Assembly: GCA_965250005.1 (NCBI GenBank)
Contig: OZ252279.1
Span: 90,001 to 122,000, forward strand
Direction of reading: 5' to 3'
Origin: Demequinaceae bacterium
Lineage (GTDB): Bacteria > Actinomycetota > Actinomycetes > Actinomycetales > Demequinaceae
Length of the DNA: 32,000 nt
Positions within the stretch are counted from its first letter, which is position 1; every line of letters starts with the position of its first letter. The notes beneath the pieces were generated by a model, which ran no database searches, was not told the DNA's origin, and saw only the letters and a list, made by a program, of their open reading frames with translations. Shown one piece after another: positions 17,523 through 27,443 of the stretch. Both the position numbers and the translations under genes were made by a program.

Positions 17523-19144
17523 GTTTCTTCTGGCACCATCACGATCGCGCCCGCAGGGCACTCGGCCACGCAGATCCCGCAGCCCTTGCAGAAGTCCAGG
17601 TTGATCTCAAACCGGTTGCCGGGACCTAGTTTGATGACGGCGTTGTCGGGGCACACCCCAAAGCAGTTGTCGCACTCAAAGCAGTTGCCGCAACTCATGC
17701 ACCGGCGGGCCTCGAACAAGGCGGTGGACTCGTCGAGTCCGTGAACCACCTCGTCAAAGGTGGACGCCCTCCGCGCCATCTCAAGCTTGGGGCGGACCTT
17801 GTGGGGCGCATCAGCGTAGTACCAGGTGTTCAGCACATCGAAATTGGCCAGGTCGTGCTTGGGTGCGGGTTCCGCCTGGTCGCCGCGTAGCCATTGGTCG
17901 ATGTTGCGGGCTGCCTTCTTGCCGTGGCCCACGCCAACGGTGACGGTCCGCTCGGCGGGCACCATGTCGCCGCCAGCGAACATGCCGTCGTAGCCCGTCA
18001 TCATGTGGGAGTCCACCTTGACCACGCCGTCCTCGAATTCGAGCCCGGGGACGCCGTCCAACAGGCCGAGGTCGGTTTCCTGGCCGAGCGCCAGCACCAG
18101 CGAGTCCGCCTCGAGTTCCTCGAACTCTCCCGTGGGTTGCGGGTACCCGGACTCGTCGAGCGCCATCTTTTCAATCTTGAGAACGCCCTCGTCCGCATGC
18201 TTCACGGTGGACAGCCAGCGCATCAGGACGCCCTCCTCAAGAGCCTCCTCCACCTCAGTGTCGTGTGCCGGCATCTTCTCGCGTGTGCGGCGGTAGACGA
18301 TGATCGCCTCTTCTGCTCCCAGCCGCTTGGCGGTGCGGGCCACGTCGATCGCGGTGTTGCCGCCACCGTAGACGGCAACCTTGCGGCCAAGCAGCGGCGC
18401 GTCGCCGTCCTCGAGTTCGCGCAGCACGCTCACCGCGTCGAGTACGCGCGCGGCCTCCCCGGCGGGCACATGCGCGCGCTTGCCCACCTGTGCGCCTACG
18501 GCTAGGAACGTGGCGTCAAACTTGCCGTCCTTCATCTCGTCTAGCGCGCTTTCCACGCGGTGGCCCAGCTCGAACGTCACGCCCATGGACTGGATGCGAG
18601 CCACCTCGACGTCGAGGATCTCGCGCGGCAGCCGATACTTAGGGATTCCGAACCGCATCATGCCCCCGGGCAGGGGTGCGAGGTCGCGGACAACAACTTC
18701 GTGGCCCAGCCGGCGCAAATGGTACGCGGCGCTCAGCCCTGACGGCCCCGCGCCCACCACGAGCACGCGCTTGCCGGAGTCCGCAGCGGGGGCTGGAAGT
18801 TCCCAGCCCTCTTCGATGGCCTTATCTCCGAGGAACCGCTCGACCGCGTTGATGCCGACAGCCTCGTCCAACTGCCCGCGATTGCACACGTCCTGGCAGG
18901 GGTGGTAGCAGACGCGACCCATGATTGCGGGGAAGGGGTTCTCCTGCACGAGCGTGCGCCATGCGCGCTCATAGTTGCCGTCCTCGGCGTCGTAGAGCCA
19001 CTGCTGGATGTTCTCCCCGGCCGGGCAGGCTTGGTTGCACGGCGGTAGGCGATCGACATAGATGGGCCGTTCGACGCGCCACGACCCGGTCTGGTTCTGC
19101 AGGCTCGAACCCACGTCCAGCGTGATAGCAAATGGCTTGTCCAT
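17519..19144 (-). CDS. NAD(P)-binding, GltD-like FAD/Fe-S protein with C-terminal 2x[4Fe-4S] ferredoxin domain (electron-transfer subunit of the 2-oxoacid oxidoreductase)
   Basis: PPCNQACPAGENIQQWL, CYHPCQDVCNR, VLVVGAGPSGLSAAYHLRRLGHEVVVRD, AVYGGGNTAIDVARTAKRLGA, CMSCGNCFECDNCFGVCP, CKGCGICVAECPAGAI. Confidence 0.9.
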   Translation of the reverse strand: MDKPFAITLDVGSSLQNQTGSWRVERPIYVDRLPPCNQACPAGENIQQWLYDAEDGNYERAWRTLVQENPFPAIMGRVCYHPCQDVCNRGQLDEAVGINAVERFLGDKAIEEGWELPAPAADSGKRVLVVGAGPSGLSAAYHLRRLGHEVVVRDLAPLPGGMMRFGIPKYRLPREILDVEVARIQSMGVTFELGHRVESALDEMKDGKFDATFLAVGAQVGKRAHVPAGEAARVLDAVSVLRELEDGDAPLLGRKVAVYGGGNTAIDVARTAKRLGAEEAIIVYRRTREKMPAHDTEVEEALEEGVLMRWLSTVKHADEGVLKIEKMALDESGYPQPTGEFEELEADSLVLALGQETDLGLLDGVPGLEFEDGVVKVDSHMMTGYDGMFAGGDMVPAERTVTVGVGHGKKAARNIDQWLRGDQAEPAPKHDLANFDVLNTWYYADAPHKVRPKLEMARRASTFDEVVHGLDESTALFEARRCMSCGNCFECDNCFGVCPDNAVIKLGPGNRFEINLDFCKGCGICVAECPAGAIVMVPEET

Positions 19145-20247
19145 TACGGTGTCTCCTCTGGGTCAGGGGACGATGCAGCGGCGACGTCCTCAGAGGAGGC
19201 CGGCTCTGGCTCGGGTGACCACCACGCGTCGCGTCTGCCGCCAGCGACGGGTGCGACGTCATCCATCAGGTGGTAGCGCTCGATATTGCGGTCGGCCATC
19301 GCCTGCAGCTTGGCGAGCACGTCTTCGCGTCGTTCGGGTTTGAACAGGTGCTTGTAGCGACCCTGCGGCAGGAGGTACTCCTCAACCGTGTTCCGGTGGC
19401 GGATTTTGGTGGCTGCTGTGACCTCGCCGTGTTCCGCTTCGAACACGGGAAACAGTCCGGACTGGGTGGCGAGCCGGGCGAGCTTGATCGTGTCGTCGGA
19501 CGCGGATCCCCAGCCCAGCGGGCACGGCACAAATACGTGGAGGTAGCGCGAGCCACGGAACTCCATGGCCTTGATGGCCTTGGCTTCGAGGTCGCGCAGG
19601 TCTGCAACGGTGGCGGTGGCGACGTAGGGGATCTCGTGCGCCATCGCGATGCGTGGCAGGTCTTTGCCCTGGCCAAACACGTTGCCGGGATCGTCGCCGA
19701 CAGCCTGGGTGGTGGTGGTGCGCGCGGCGGGCGGCGTCGCGCCCGAGCGTTGCACGCCCGTGTTCATGTACGCCTCGTTGTCGTAGCAGATGTACAGGAC
19801 GTCGTCGTTGCGCTCGAACATTCCGGATAGGGCTCCGAAGCCAATGTCTACGGTGCCGCCGTCGCCGCCCTGGCCCACCACCCGGACGTCGTTGCGGCCC
19901 TTGGCGCGCATTGCCGCCGCCACGCCGGTCGCGACCGCGGGCGCATTTCCGAACAGCGAGTGCAGCCACGGGATGTTCCACGAGGTTTCGGGGTACGGCG
20001 TGGAGAAGACTTCGAGGCAGCCCGTTGCGTTGACAGCGACCATCTGACTGTCGGTGGCCGCCATCACGGCGTCGAGCGCGTAGCGTGCGCCGAGCGCCTC
20101 GCCGCAGCCCTGGCACGCGCGGTGGCCCGAGGTGAGAGAATTCGCCCGTTCCGTGTCCGACTGCAGGCTCGCGTACTCGGGGTCGAGCAGTCGATTGCCC
20201 ACGGCGAAGCTGCCCACTTGGTAGAACTTCACCGGTGCATCGGCCAT
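19144..20247 (-). CDS. 2-oxoacid:acceptor oxidoreductase beta (TPP-binding) subunit
   Basis: HRACQGCGEALGARYALDAV...VVGQGGDGGTVDIGFGALSGMFERNDDVLYICYDNEAYMNTGVQRSG. Confidence 0.9.
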   Translation of the reverse strand: MADAPVKFYQVGSFAVGNRLLDPEYASLQSDTERANSLTSGHRACQGCGEALGARYALDAVMAATDSQMVAVNATGCLEVFSTPYPETSWNIPWLHSLFGNAPAVATGVAAAMRAKGRNDVRVVGQGGDGGTVDIGFGALSGMFERNDDVLYICYDNEAYMNTGVQRSGATPPAARTTTTQAVGDDPGNVFGQGKDLPRIAMAHEIPYVATATVADLRDLEAKAIKAMEFRGSRYLHVFVPCPLGWGSASDDTIKLARLATQSGLFPVFEAEHGEVTAATKIRHRNTVEEYLLPQGRYKHLFKPERREDVLAKLQAMADRNIERYHLMDDVAPVAGGRRDAWWSPEPEPASSEDVAAASSPDPEETP

Positions 20248-20248
20248 G

Positions 20249-21535
20249 TCAGGCTCCCTTCTGCGTTGCGGCAGGATTCGCGAGTCGTTCGGTGAGGTCG
20301 CGGATCATGTTCTCTGCGGCGGGCCCGGACCGGCGGGTCTTGGCCTCCCGCTCGAGCTCTCGGTCGATGAGCTCTTTGTCTAGGTCGAGGAAGGTGAGCG
20401 GCTCGAGTTCGCCCGTCACGGCGTCGGCGATCATGTTGTGAAGCGAGGCCTTGCCGATGGGGCGCCCACCGAGGCCGGCGACCACCGTGTAGTTTTCGAC
20501 TCTGTCGCCTGCGGCGCTGCGCTCGGACAGTGCGGTCCGCACGTTGGACGACACGATTCCGCCTATGCCCACCGCGAACGCCTTCTCCACTACGACCACC
20601 CGCTTGGCGTCCGCAAGTGCGTCGCGCACGGCCTCGAGTGGGAACGGCCGGAAGGATCCGATGCCGAGCACGCCGATCGACTCGCCGTCCGCGATGCGCT
20701 CGTCGGCTACGTCCTTGATGGTGCCGAGCACCGATCCGAGCGCGATCACTACGGTCTCTGCGCCTTCAGTCTTATAGGGGCTCACTAGCCCGCCGGAGTC
20801 GCGGCCGAAAGCCTTCTTGAAATCTGCGGCGACTTGGGGGATGAGGTCCAGCGCCTGCATTTGCTTGGCGTGTGCGAGGTACTTGACCTCCATGAATGCC
20901 TCCGGTCCGACCATTGCCCCGATCGAAATCGGGTCCGCAGGGTCGAGCACCTGGCGCGGCTCGAACGGCGGGAGGAACGCGTCGACGGCGTCGAGGTCAG
21001 GCACGTCCACCTGCTCGTGGGCGTGCGTGAGGATGAAGCCGTCCATGCAGACCATCACCGGCAGCGAGAGCTCTTCGGCAATCTTGAACGCCTGCACGTG
21101 CAGGTCTGCGGCCTCCTGGTTGGTCTCGGCGTACAACTGTATCCAACCGGAGTCGCGCTGCGACATGGCGTCGCTGTGGTCGTTCCAAATATTTATGGGG
21201 GCGCCGATAGCCCGGTTGGCGACCGTCATCACGATGGGCAGGCCCAGGCCCGACGCGTTGTATACGGCCTCCACCATGTAGAGCAGTCCTTGGCTGGCCG
21301 TCGCCGTGTAGGCACGCGCGCCCGCGGCCGAAGCCCCGATGGCGACCGACATGGCCGCGAACTCGGACTCGACATTGACGAATTCGCAACCGGGCAACTC
21401 GCCAGACTTCACCAGCCGGCTGAGGCCCTCGACGATGTGCGTCTGTGGGCTGATCGGGTACGCGCAGATGACTTCGGGGCGGCACGCGGCGACGGCTTCG
21501 GCGACTGCTACGGATCCTTCGAGCTGCTTAAGCAC
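20249..21535 (-). CDS. 2-oxoacid:acceptor oxidoreductase alpha subunit (PorA-like)
   Basis: EVICAYPISPQTHIVEGLS...FVNVESEFAAMSVAIGASAAGARAYTATASQGLLYMVEAVYNASGLGLPIVMT. Confidence 0.9.
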   Translation of the reverse strand: MLKQLEGSVAVAEAVAACRPEVICAYPISPQTHIVEGLSRLVKSGELPGCEFVNVESEFAAMSVAIGASAAGARAYTATASQGLLYMVEAVYNASGLGLPIVMTVANRAIGAPINIWNDHSDAMSQRDSGWIQLYAETNQEAADLHVQAFKIAEELSLPVMVCMDGFILTHAHEQVDVPDLDAVDAFLPPFEPRQVLDPADPISIGAMVGPEAFMEVKYLAHAKQMQALDLIPQVAADFKKAFGRDSGGLVSPYKTEGAETVVIALGSVLGTIKDVADERIADGESIGVLGIGSFRPFPLEAVRDALADAKRVVVVEKAFAVGIGGIVSSNVRTALSERSAAGDRVENYTVVAGLGGRPIGKASLHNMIADAVTGELEPLTFLDLDKELIDRELEREAKTRRSGPAAENMIRDLTERLANPAATQKGA

Positions 21536-22106
21536 CGGCCAGCTCCTTCATCGCGTCGTGGACCTGCTTGTGCGCTTCGGTCGCTCCGGCCACGTTGCTA
21601 TCCGCGACTTTTCCCGAGAACTTTTCGCGAACGGCATGGTTCACAGACGGCAGAGAAACGACGCGTGTGAGCGCTGCAAACCCGCCGAGTAGGACGATGT
21701 TGGGAACGTTGCGTCCCAGGTGGCGCATGGCGATTTCCGTCGCGCCCACCGTGATGATGCGGGCATCCGAGTCGTCGGTCAGGTCGGTCAGCCCCAACTC
21801 GACAGACGTGCGTTCCGAGTTCACGAGCACGTAGCCGCCCTGTTGGAGCCCGGCGAACACGTTCACGTGATGCAGCAATGTGGGATCCTGGACGATGACC
21901 GCGTTGGGGTTGACTACTGGCTCTCGCACGCGGATCGGCTGGTCGCCCATGCGACAGAAGGCAACCACGGGAGCGCCTGTGCGCTCGGAACCGAAACTGG
22001 GAAAGGCCTGCGCGTGCTGACCCTCGTCAAACGCCGCGACGGAAAGCAACTCGGCAGCCGTAACTACGCCTTGGCCTCCGCGCCCATGGATACGGACCTG
22101 GAACAT
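21528..22106 (-). CDS. 2-oxoacid:acceptor oxidoreductase gamma subunit
   Basis: MFQVRIHGRGGQGVVTAAELLSVAAFDEGQHAQAFPSFGSERTGAPVVAFCR; GGAGG SD before ATG at 22106 (ORF-track start 22238 is upstream). Confidence 0.9.
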   Translation of the reverse strand: MFQVRIHGRGGQGVVTAAELLSVAAFDEGQHAQAFPSFGSERTGAPVVAFCRMGDQPIRVREPVVNPNAVIVQDPTLLHHVNVFAGLQQGGYVLVNSERTSVELGLTDLTDDSDARIITVGATEIAMRHLGRNVPNIVLLGGFAALTRVVSLPSVNHAVREKFSGKVADSNVAGATEAHKQVHDAMKELAGA

Positions 22107-22218
22107 CGTGTTCCTTCCTCCCCACACTCCATGGTCACGGCCCGAGGGGGTGACCCTGCGGGACGAAGGTCCCTTGCGGGGGCGCGGCGGAGAATGCCGT
22201 CCTGAGCGAAGTTGGCTG

Positions 22219-24363
22219 CTACTTAGTCTCTGCGGCAACGAGACCCAGAATCTGGTCCATCTCCCACGCCAAGTACGGGGCGAGGGTGCGCACGTAAGTG
22301 TCCGTCAGGTGGTAGCCGCCGCGGTATACCACCACGTTTCCAATCACCGCGGGACAGTCGTCGGGGCCGCAAAAGTAGTCAGTGAAGTCGATGACGCTGA
22401 CCCCCAGCGACTGGGCAGCCGCCTCGCGCATCTCGTCGCCCGAACTCCGTCTGATGGACGAAGCGCGGGGGAGGTTGCATGCTGCGAGGTTGTCGAGGTT
22501 GTTCTCAAGGCACTCGACTATGTCGGGCGCGGGGATGGGGTTGTCGATCAAGACAATGACGTCGATGCCGCTGGCCTTGAGTTCCGCCCAGCGAGTCGCG
22601 TACGCAGCCACGCCGGTGTCGCTCGTGACCCGGGAAATATCAGTCTCGCCGGGTGAGCCTACCTCTCCGAAGATGCTCGACGTAATGACGTACTCCGGGG
22701 GGTTCGCCAAGAGATTTGCCAACACGCGGGCGTTCCATTCGTCGCAGTCTTCGTAGGGGCCGCCGCTGAAGACCAAGGTGCCGTTGGCGAATGAACAACT
22801 GACCTTGGACGTGAACTCGATCCGCCAGCCGCGGGAAGTCCCGTACGCGTCTAGCGCCGATGACCATTGCCGCGCCTTCGAGTCGCCCACGACAACCATG
22901 CGGCGTTCCGATCCCAGGTCCCCCGTTGCGCAGTACACCGGTTCTGGGTCGCCGCGGCCCGAAATCGAGCAGTCGGCGTCTGGAACCGGCGCCCGGTCGC
23001 TAAGAGTAAACTCTACGGCGGGGAAGACGAGCGACCCGTCGGCCGCCGGTTGATTGGCCCAGCGCGTCGCTGGATCGGGCCACAGCGCCGCTGCTCCCAA
23101 GGGCGTGGCCCAGTCGATTGTGTGGAGCGCTTGTTCAGCGGGGCGCTCGCCTGCGGGCGCGATGTTGATGTCGACAGGCTCCGGCGACTTGCCGGCAACC
23201 GAGATAAGGACACCGGCGCCCGCGCCCACCAGGCTGAGCATTGCGCCGTAGGCGAGCGAGCGGGCGGGGCGCGCGATAAGGGGTTTCGAGAAGCGAATGG
23301 GGTCCTCGATAAACCGGCGCGTGAGCCACGCAGGCACGATCGACGCCGCCACGACCGCGAGGCCCAGCGGCACCGTCACGTCGTCCCAGATGGCTCGCGC
23401 CGCGACGAGCAGCGGCCAATGCCACAGGTACAGCGCGTACGACAATCCACCCACCCACACGAGTGGCGACCACGCGCGGCTGCCGAGCCGCAGCGGATCC
23501 CACGTGGACGAGCCGGCAGCGATCAGCATCGCCGTTCCGACGGTAGGTAGCAGCGCGGAGGCACCCGGCCACGGCGTATACGAAGAAAATTGCACAACCG
23601 AAACGACAATCAACACGGCGCCTACGACCACGAAGCCTTCGGCGGTCCGGCGCCGCACCCGCGCCCAGAGCGGCGCGGCGATGGCCACCAGACCACCGAG
23701 CGACAACTCCCACATGCGGGTCCCGGTGTCGAAGAATGCGAACTGCGCGTTGGCCTCCGTCGATGCGACGGACCACACGAGGGAGGGCAAAGCCACCGCA
23801 CCCAAGGCAATCGCGAGGGCGGGGTGCATTCTCCACGACCAGCGGCGGATTGCCCACGCGACCAGGATGAGCAGGAGCGGCCAGATCAGGTAGAACTGCT
23901 CCTCTACCGACAGTGACCAGTAGTGCTGAGCCGGCGACGGAGGGATCTCTGCGCCAAGGTAGTCGACGGCTCGCCCCGCAAAGCGCCAGTTGGCGAAGTA
24001 GCCCGCCGCGGAGGCCAGGTCGAGCCCGTAGGTCTGGCGAAACGATTGCGGCGACAAGTAGGCGACCACGGCGCCCGTGAACAGGATGACGGTGACGGCC
24101 GCGGGAAGCAGGCGCCGTGCCCGTCGCGCGTAGAAGTCGCGGAGGCGGATCCGGCCGGTGCTCTCCAGCTCGCGAACCAGCAACCCGGTGATCAGGAACC
24201 CAGAGATGACAAAGAAGATGTCGACGCCAACAAAACCGGCGGGCACAGCGGTGACCCCGGCGTGGAAAATCAGTACAAGCGCCACTGCTATCGCCCGGAG
24301 GGCCTCGACGTCCTTGCGGAAGTCAATCGGCCGCGCGGGGCGTTCGAGGCGGGGCGGAGGCAT
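22219..24363 (-). CDS. Acyltransferase-3 family (OafA/YrhL-like) protein with C-terminal SGNH-like domain
   Basis: FRKDVEALRAIAVALVLIFHAGVTAVPAGFVGVDIFFVISGFLITGLL...ILVALVIRP-type TM array; C-term RRMVVVGDSKARQWSSAL. TACGCT 6 nt before ATG. Confidence 0.92.
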   Translation of the reverse strand: MPPPRLERPARPIDFRKDVEALRAIAVALVLIFHAGVTAVPAGFVGVDIFFVISGFLITGLLVRELESTGRIRLRDFYARRARRLLPAAVTVILFTGAVVAYLSPQSFRQTYGLDLASAAGYFANWRFAGRAVDYLGAEIPPSPAQHYWSLSVEEQFYLIWPLLLILVAWAIRRWSWRMHPALAIALGAVALPSLVWSVASTEANAQFAFFDTGTRMWELSLGGLVAIAAPLWARVRRRTAEGFVVVGAVLIVVSVVQFSSYTPWPGASALLPTVGTAMLIAAGSSTWDPLRLGSRAWSPLVWVGGLSYALYLWHWPLLVAARAIWDDVTVPLGLAVVAASIVPAWLTRRFIEDPIRFSKPLIARPARSLAYGAMLSLVGAGAGVLISVAGKSPEPVDINIAPAGERPAEQALHTIDWATPLGAAALWPDPATRWANQPAADGSLVFPAVEFTLSDRAPVPDADCSISGRGDPEPVYCATGDLGSERRMVVVGDSKARQWSSALDAYGTSRGWRIEFTSKVSCSFANGTLVFSGGPYEDCDEWNARVLANLLANPPEYVITSSIFGEVGSPGETDISRVTSDTGVAAYATRWAELKASGIDVIVLIDNPIPAPDIVECLENNLDNLAACNLPRASSIRRSSGDEMREAAAQSLGVSVIDFTDYFCGPDDCPAVIGNVVVYRGGYHLTDTYVRTLAPYLAWEMDQILGLVAAETK

Positions 24364-24441
24364 CGGGCTAGCGTATCGCTGGGCGATGCCTGGGGAGGAG
24401 TCGCGGAACTCCTGTCGAGGGGTTGCGCGCGAACGTCGGCG

Positions 24442-25227
24442 CTAGGCGGACAGGCGTGACCCGGGGACGAGGTTGGGCCGACCCGGATCGGGGGCGGCGG
24501 AGGATTCGGCAGCGGTGCTGGCGCGCCGGGATGCGGCCTTGTCGCCGATGCTCGACAACCAATTCGCTCCCCACTCGGCAAGCGAGAGGCATACGTTGAG
24601 CACACCTATGGCAATGAAAGGCGCGGCAGCGATTTGCATCAGCCACATTTGGAACCACACCCGGCCCCACAGCAGAGTTGCGGCGTTCACCGCAGCGATG
24701 GGCGCCCACCAGGGGAAGCCAAAGAAGTCGGCGCCAATGGCGCCCGCGACGATACCCCAACCGAGGAGGACGTAGCCCCCTGTGAGTTGCACCGCCTGGC
24801 CCCATTTCTGGAACCACACTCCTTGGTCCCAGTAGCGGCCTACGGCGGCGCCTGCGAATATCAGGTTCGAGCGGAAGCGGGGGACTCCTGCGTCTCGCAA
24901 CATGCGAAGGAGGCGGCGATCGGCGTTCTCGCGCGCCGTTCTCCAGATGATTCCGCGCCGCTTCCAGCTTGCTTTGACGGCGTTCGCGGTGAGATCCGAA
25001 ACCTCTTGGTCGTGGACCAACGCCGGGCGCGTTTGTCGGCCGAATGGGGAAAGCACCGACCACAGTGGCCAAGGTATGGATGCGAGGTCAGTCGCCAGGC
25101 CCTCATGCGCGACCCGGCGTTGGTGCTTTTTTGGCTCAGTCGGGTCTATGTACGTTACGTCTTCGAGCAGGCGGAATCGGCCGCTTTCAAATTGCTCGAT
25201 CTTGGCGGATTGGCTCTCCCAAGGCAT
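24442..25227 (-). CDS. DUF1353-like N-terminal domain with C-terminal membrane segments
   Basis: FRLLEDVTYIDPTEPKKHQRRVAHEGLATDLASIPWPLWSVLSPFGRQTRPALVHDQ resembles DUF1353, followed by hydrophobic segments. Start uncertain (ORF open to 25371). Confidence 0.65.
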   Translation of the reverse strand: MPWESQSAKIEQFESGRFRLLEDVTYIDPTEPKKHQRRVAHEGLATDLASIPWPLWSVLSPFGRQTRPALVHDQEVSDLTANAVKASWKRRGIIWRTARENADRRLLRMLRDAGVPRFRSNLIFAGAAVGRYWDQGVWFQKWGQAVQLTGGYVLLGWGIVAGAIGADFFGFPWWAPIAAVNAATLLWGRVWFQMWLMQIAAAPFIAIGVLNVCLSLAEWGANWLSSIGDKAASRRASTAAESSAAPDPGRPNLVPGSRLSA

Positions 25228-25363
25228 ACGGCGTGCCCCCCAAATACGGTTGAGCGCACGTCGCTGTGCGCAGGGGTGGATCGGTACATTTCGACCATAA
25301 CCTGGCGCCGCGCAAAGCGCGCGGGATAGAAACTCGCTCGACCCGCCCGCATAGGCTGGTGCA

Positions 25364-25882
25364 ATGAGCAAAGACGCGCGCGTGGCTGATTCCGGCGAGT
25401 CGACCCAGCCCGACGGGGTGCGCCGCGGATGGGTGCTGGTTGCGATCCAAGGAGCGTTGTTTGCGGGGGTTGTGATTGCCGCGTTTGTGCCGCCCGTGGG
25501 CCCTGAATTGTGGACCTCTACGCCAGTCGCGCTCGCAGTGGTCGTTGCCGGAGCGGTCGGCGTGGTTTTCGCCGCGAGGCACTTGGGCAGTGCGTTGACG
25601 CCGCATCCCGTTTCGAACGGAACGGGATTGGCCGTGCGCGGGGTCTACAAACAGGTCCGCCATCCTATGTACTCGTCGCTCGTGTTGATCTGCCTGGGCG
25701 TCGTGCTGGCCGTAGGAACGCTGGCAATCTACGCGGTAGTGGCAGGGCTGGCCGTGCTGTTCGAAGTGAAGACGCGCATGGAGGAGCAGTACTTGATGAC
25801 CGCGTACGACGGCTACGCCGAGTACGCGGCGCGCACGGGGAAGTTTGTCCCAGGAGTCGGGCGGCGGCGCGTGCGCTCGTAG
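25364..25882 (+). CDS. Isoprenylcysteine carboxyl methyltransferase (ICMT)-like / phospholipid methyltransferase family membrane protein
   Basis: SNGTGLAVRGVYKQVRHPMYSSLVLICLG...RMEEQYLMTAYDGYAEYAARTGKFVPGVG. TAGGCT 6 nt before ATG. Confidence 0.85.
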   Translation: MSKDARVADSGESTQPDGVRRGWVLVAIQGALFAGVVIAAFVPPVGPELWTSTPVALAVVVAGAVGVVFAARHLGSALTPHPVSNGTGLAVRGVYKQVRHPMYSSLVLICLGVVLAVGTLAIYAVVAGLAVLFEVKTRMEEQYLMTAYDGYAEYAARTGKFVPGVGRRRVRS

Positions 25883-25946
25883 GGGCGTGTCCACAGGTTT
25901 GGCTCTATCTTCTGCACATTTGCGCAGGCGCCGATAGGGTCTCCGC

Positions 25947-26570
25947 ATGGCTAGAACCATTCGAAATCACTCGATCCGCGCCCGCGGAGTGGCGGTTGGG
26001 CTAGCGGTTGTTGCAGCGGCTGCTGCTTGCACCGAACCCGGCCCCGTCGTCACGGAGACTCCCACGCTAGCCGTCTCAGCCACCCCTACCGCTGCGGCGG
26101 TGCCGTCGCCGTCGCCCACCCCGCTTACGGATGCGGAACTGCTCGCGCGGCTCCCTCCGGGGGCAGAACTGCCCGATGTCCAAGGGGCGATCATCACGGC
26201 GGTTTTCTTCCTCAAGCAATACCCGATTGTGTACGAGACCGGAGACCTACGAGTTTGGAACGCGCTCTCGGGCCCGGACTGCGTGTTTTGCGGGTCTGTG
26301 CGTGCAGGAGTTGAGGAGATATTTGCCGACGGCGCATTCTTGACGGGTGGTGCGATGAATATCGATGAACTGAGAACTGTAGCTAGCGCCAATCTGGACG
26401 ACGGGTTTACCTATGTTTCGCTGCATGTTGACATTGATCCCACTACGAGAAATCTCGCGAGCGGGGAACTAGAACCTGAAGGCGACGGTGGGCCGGGAGT
26501 CGTTCATCTGCGGATGGACTTGCAGGGCGGTATGTGGCGCGTCTCAGACGTCGGCCTTGAAGAGGTGTAG
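25947..26570 (+). CDS. Putative lipoprotein (DUF6318-like)
   Basis: Lipobox-like AVVAAAAACTEPG after a basic N-term, Thr/Pro linker, then WNALSGPDCVFCGSV. TAGGGT 6 nt before ATG. Confidence 0.7.
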   Translation: MARTIRNHSIRARGVAVGLAVVAAAAACTEPGPVVTETPTLAVSATPTAAAVPSPSPTPLTDAELLARLPPGAELPDVQGAIITAVFFLKQYPIVYETGDLRVWNALSGPDCVFCGSVRAGVEEIFADGAFLTGGAMNIDELRTVASANLDDGFTYVSLHVDIDPTTRNLASGELEPEGDGGPGVVHLRMDLQGGMWRVSDVGLEEV

Positions 26571-26573
26571 CAG

Positions 26574-27443
26574 GTGCTGATCGAAACACTTCAGCGAGGC
26601 GTGGTCGCGATTCTGGTTGGGGCCATCGCGCTGGCGCCAGGGGAATCGCCCGGTTTTTGGGGGGAAACCGATAACGGTGACGTTACAGTTGGCGCTGAAG
26701 ACATTAGTGGAGGCGCCAGCGCTCAGGGCGCGGACGGTGGCAGTAGCGGTGCGCGAATCGAAGAGCGCATCGCCGCACCGGCCTGCATCTACGTGTGGCT
26801 CCGCGTCGACGGAGGCTACGGCTGCACTGATCCCGTCTACGAGGTCGCCGCGTTCTGCGCGGATGGCACTCCGGCATTGGATCCCATCTGGATGAGGTTC
26901 CGAATCGGCTCGGGGCCGTGGTCGGTCTGGACAATGATCACTTGGTACCGATGCCCCGGCGAGACCGCGCGCGAGACCGCGATCCGTGAAGCCTGGGGCA
27001 CCATGCCGATCAGGGCGAACACCATTACGGTCCAGCCAGCGACCGGATGGACGGTTACTACGGTCCCGACCATCGTCTATGTGGATCGCGGCCCGCGCAC
27101 GCTATCCGTCAACCTGCTCGGCACGCCAGTCCTGATTCGCGCCAACGCCTCCGCGTACACCTGGCAGTGGGGGGATGGCAGCCCGGCCACCATTACGGGT
27201 AGCCCCGGCTCGGCGTACCCGAACCACGACGTGACGCATACGTACATGTACGAAGAGCGGCTCGTGACGATCTCGTTGACCACCTCGTGGACCGGCCAAT
27301 ACTCGACCGACGGCGGCGCCACCTGGAGTGCCGCACCCGGCACCGCGTACACGGCGTCGACGCCTGTCGACATCTATGTGTACAACCCTCACAGTCACCA
27401 AGTGAACTGCGACATCACCGAATACTGCCTTACGGATCCGTAG
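26574..27443 (+). CDS. Secreted PKD-domain-like protein
   Basis: AYTWQWGDGSPATITG...YPNHDVTHTYMYEERLVTISLTTSW; starts 3 nt after the stop of the lipoprotein gene. Confidence 0.7.
   Translation: MLIETLQRGVVAILVGAIALAPGESPGFWGETDNGDVTVGAEDISGGASAQGADGGSSGARIEERIAAPACIYVWLRVDGGYGCTDPVYEVAAFCADGTPALDPIWMRFRIGSGPWSVWTMITWYRCPGETARETAIREAWGTMPIRANTITVQPATGWTVTTVPTIVYVDRGPRTLSVNLLGTPVLIRANASAYTWQWGDGSPATITGSPGSAYPNHDVTHTYMYEERLVTISLTTSWTGQYSTDGGATWSAAPGTAYTASTPVDIYVYNPHSHQVNCDITEYCLTDP

Noticed and set aside
20834-21670. 278-aa plus-strand ORF opposite the oxidoreductase alpha subunit
   Set aside because: Antisense shadow of a strongly conserved coding frame.
22867-24459. Several 180-240 aa ORFs on both strands across the acyltransferase gene
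   Set aside because: The 714-aa frame has clear acyltransferase-3 and SGNH motifs; the others are compositional artefacts.
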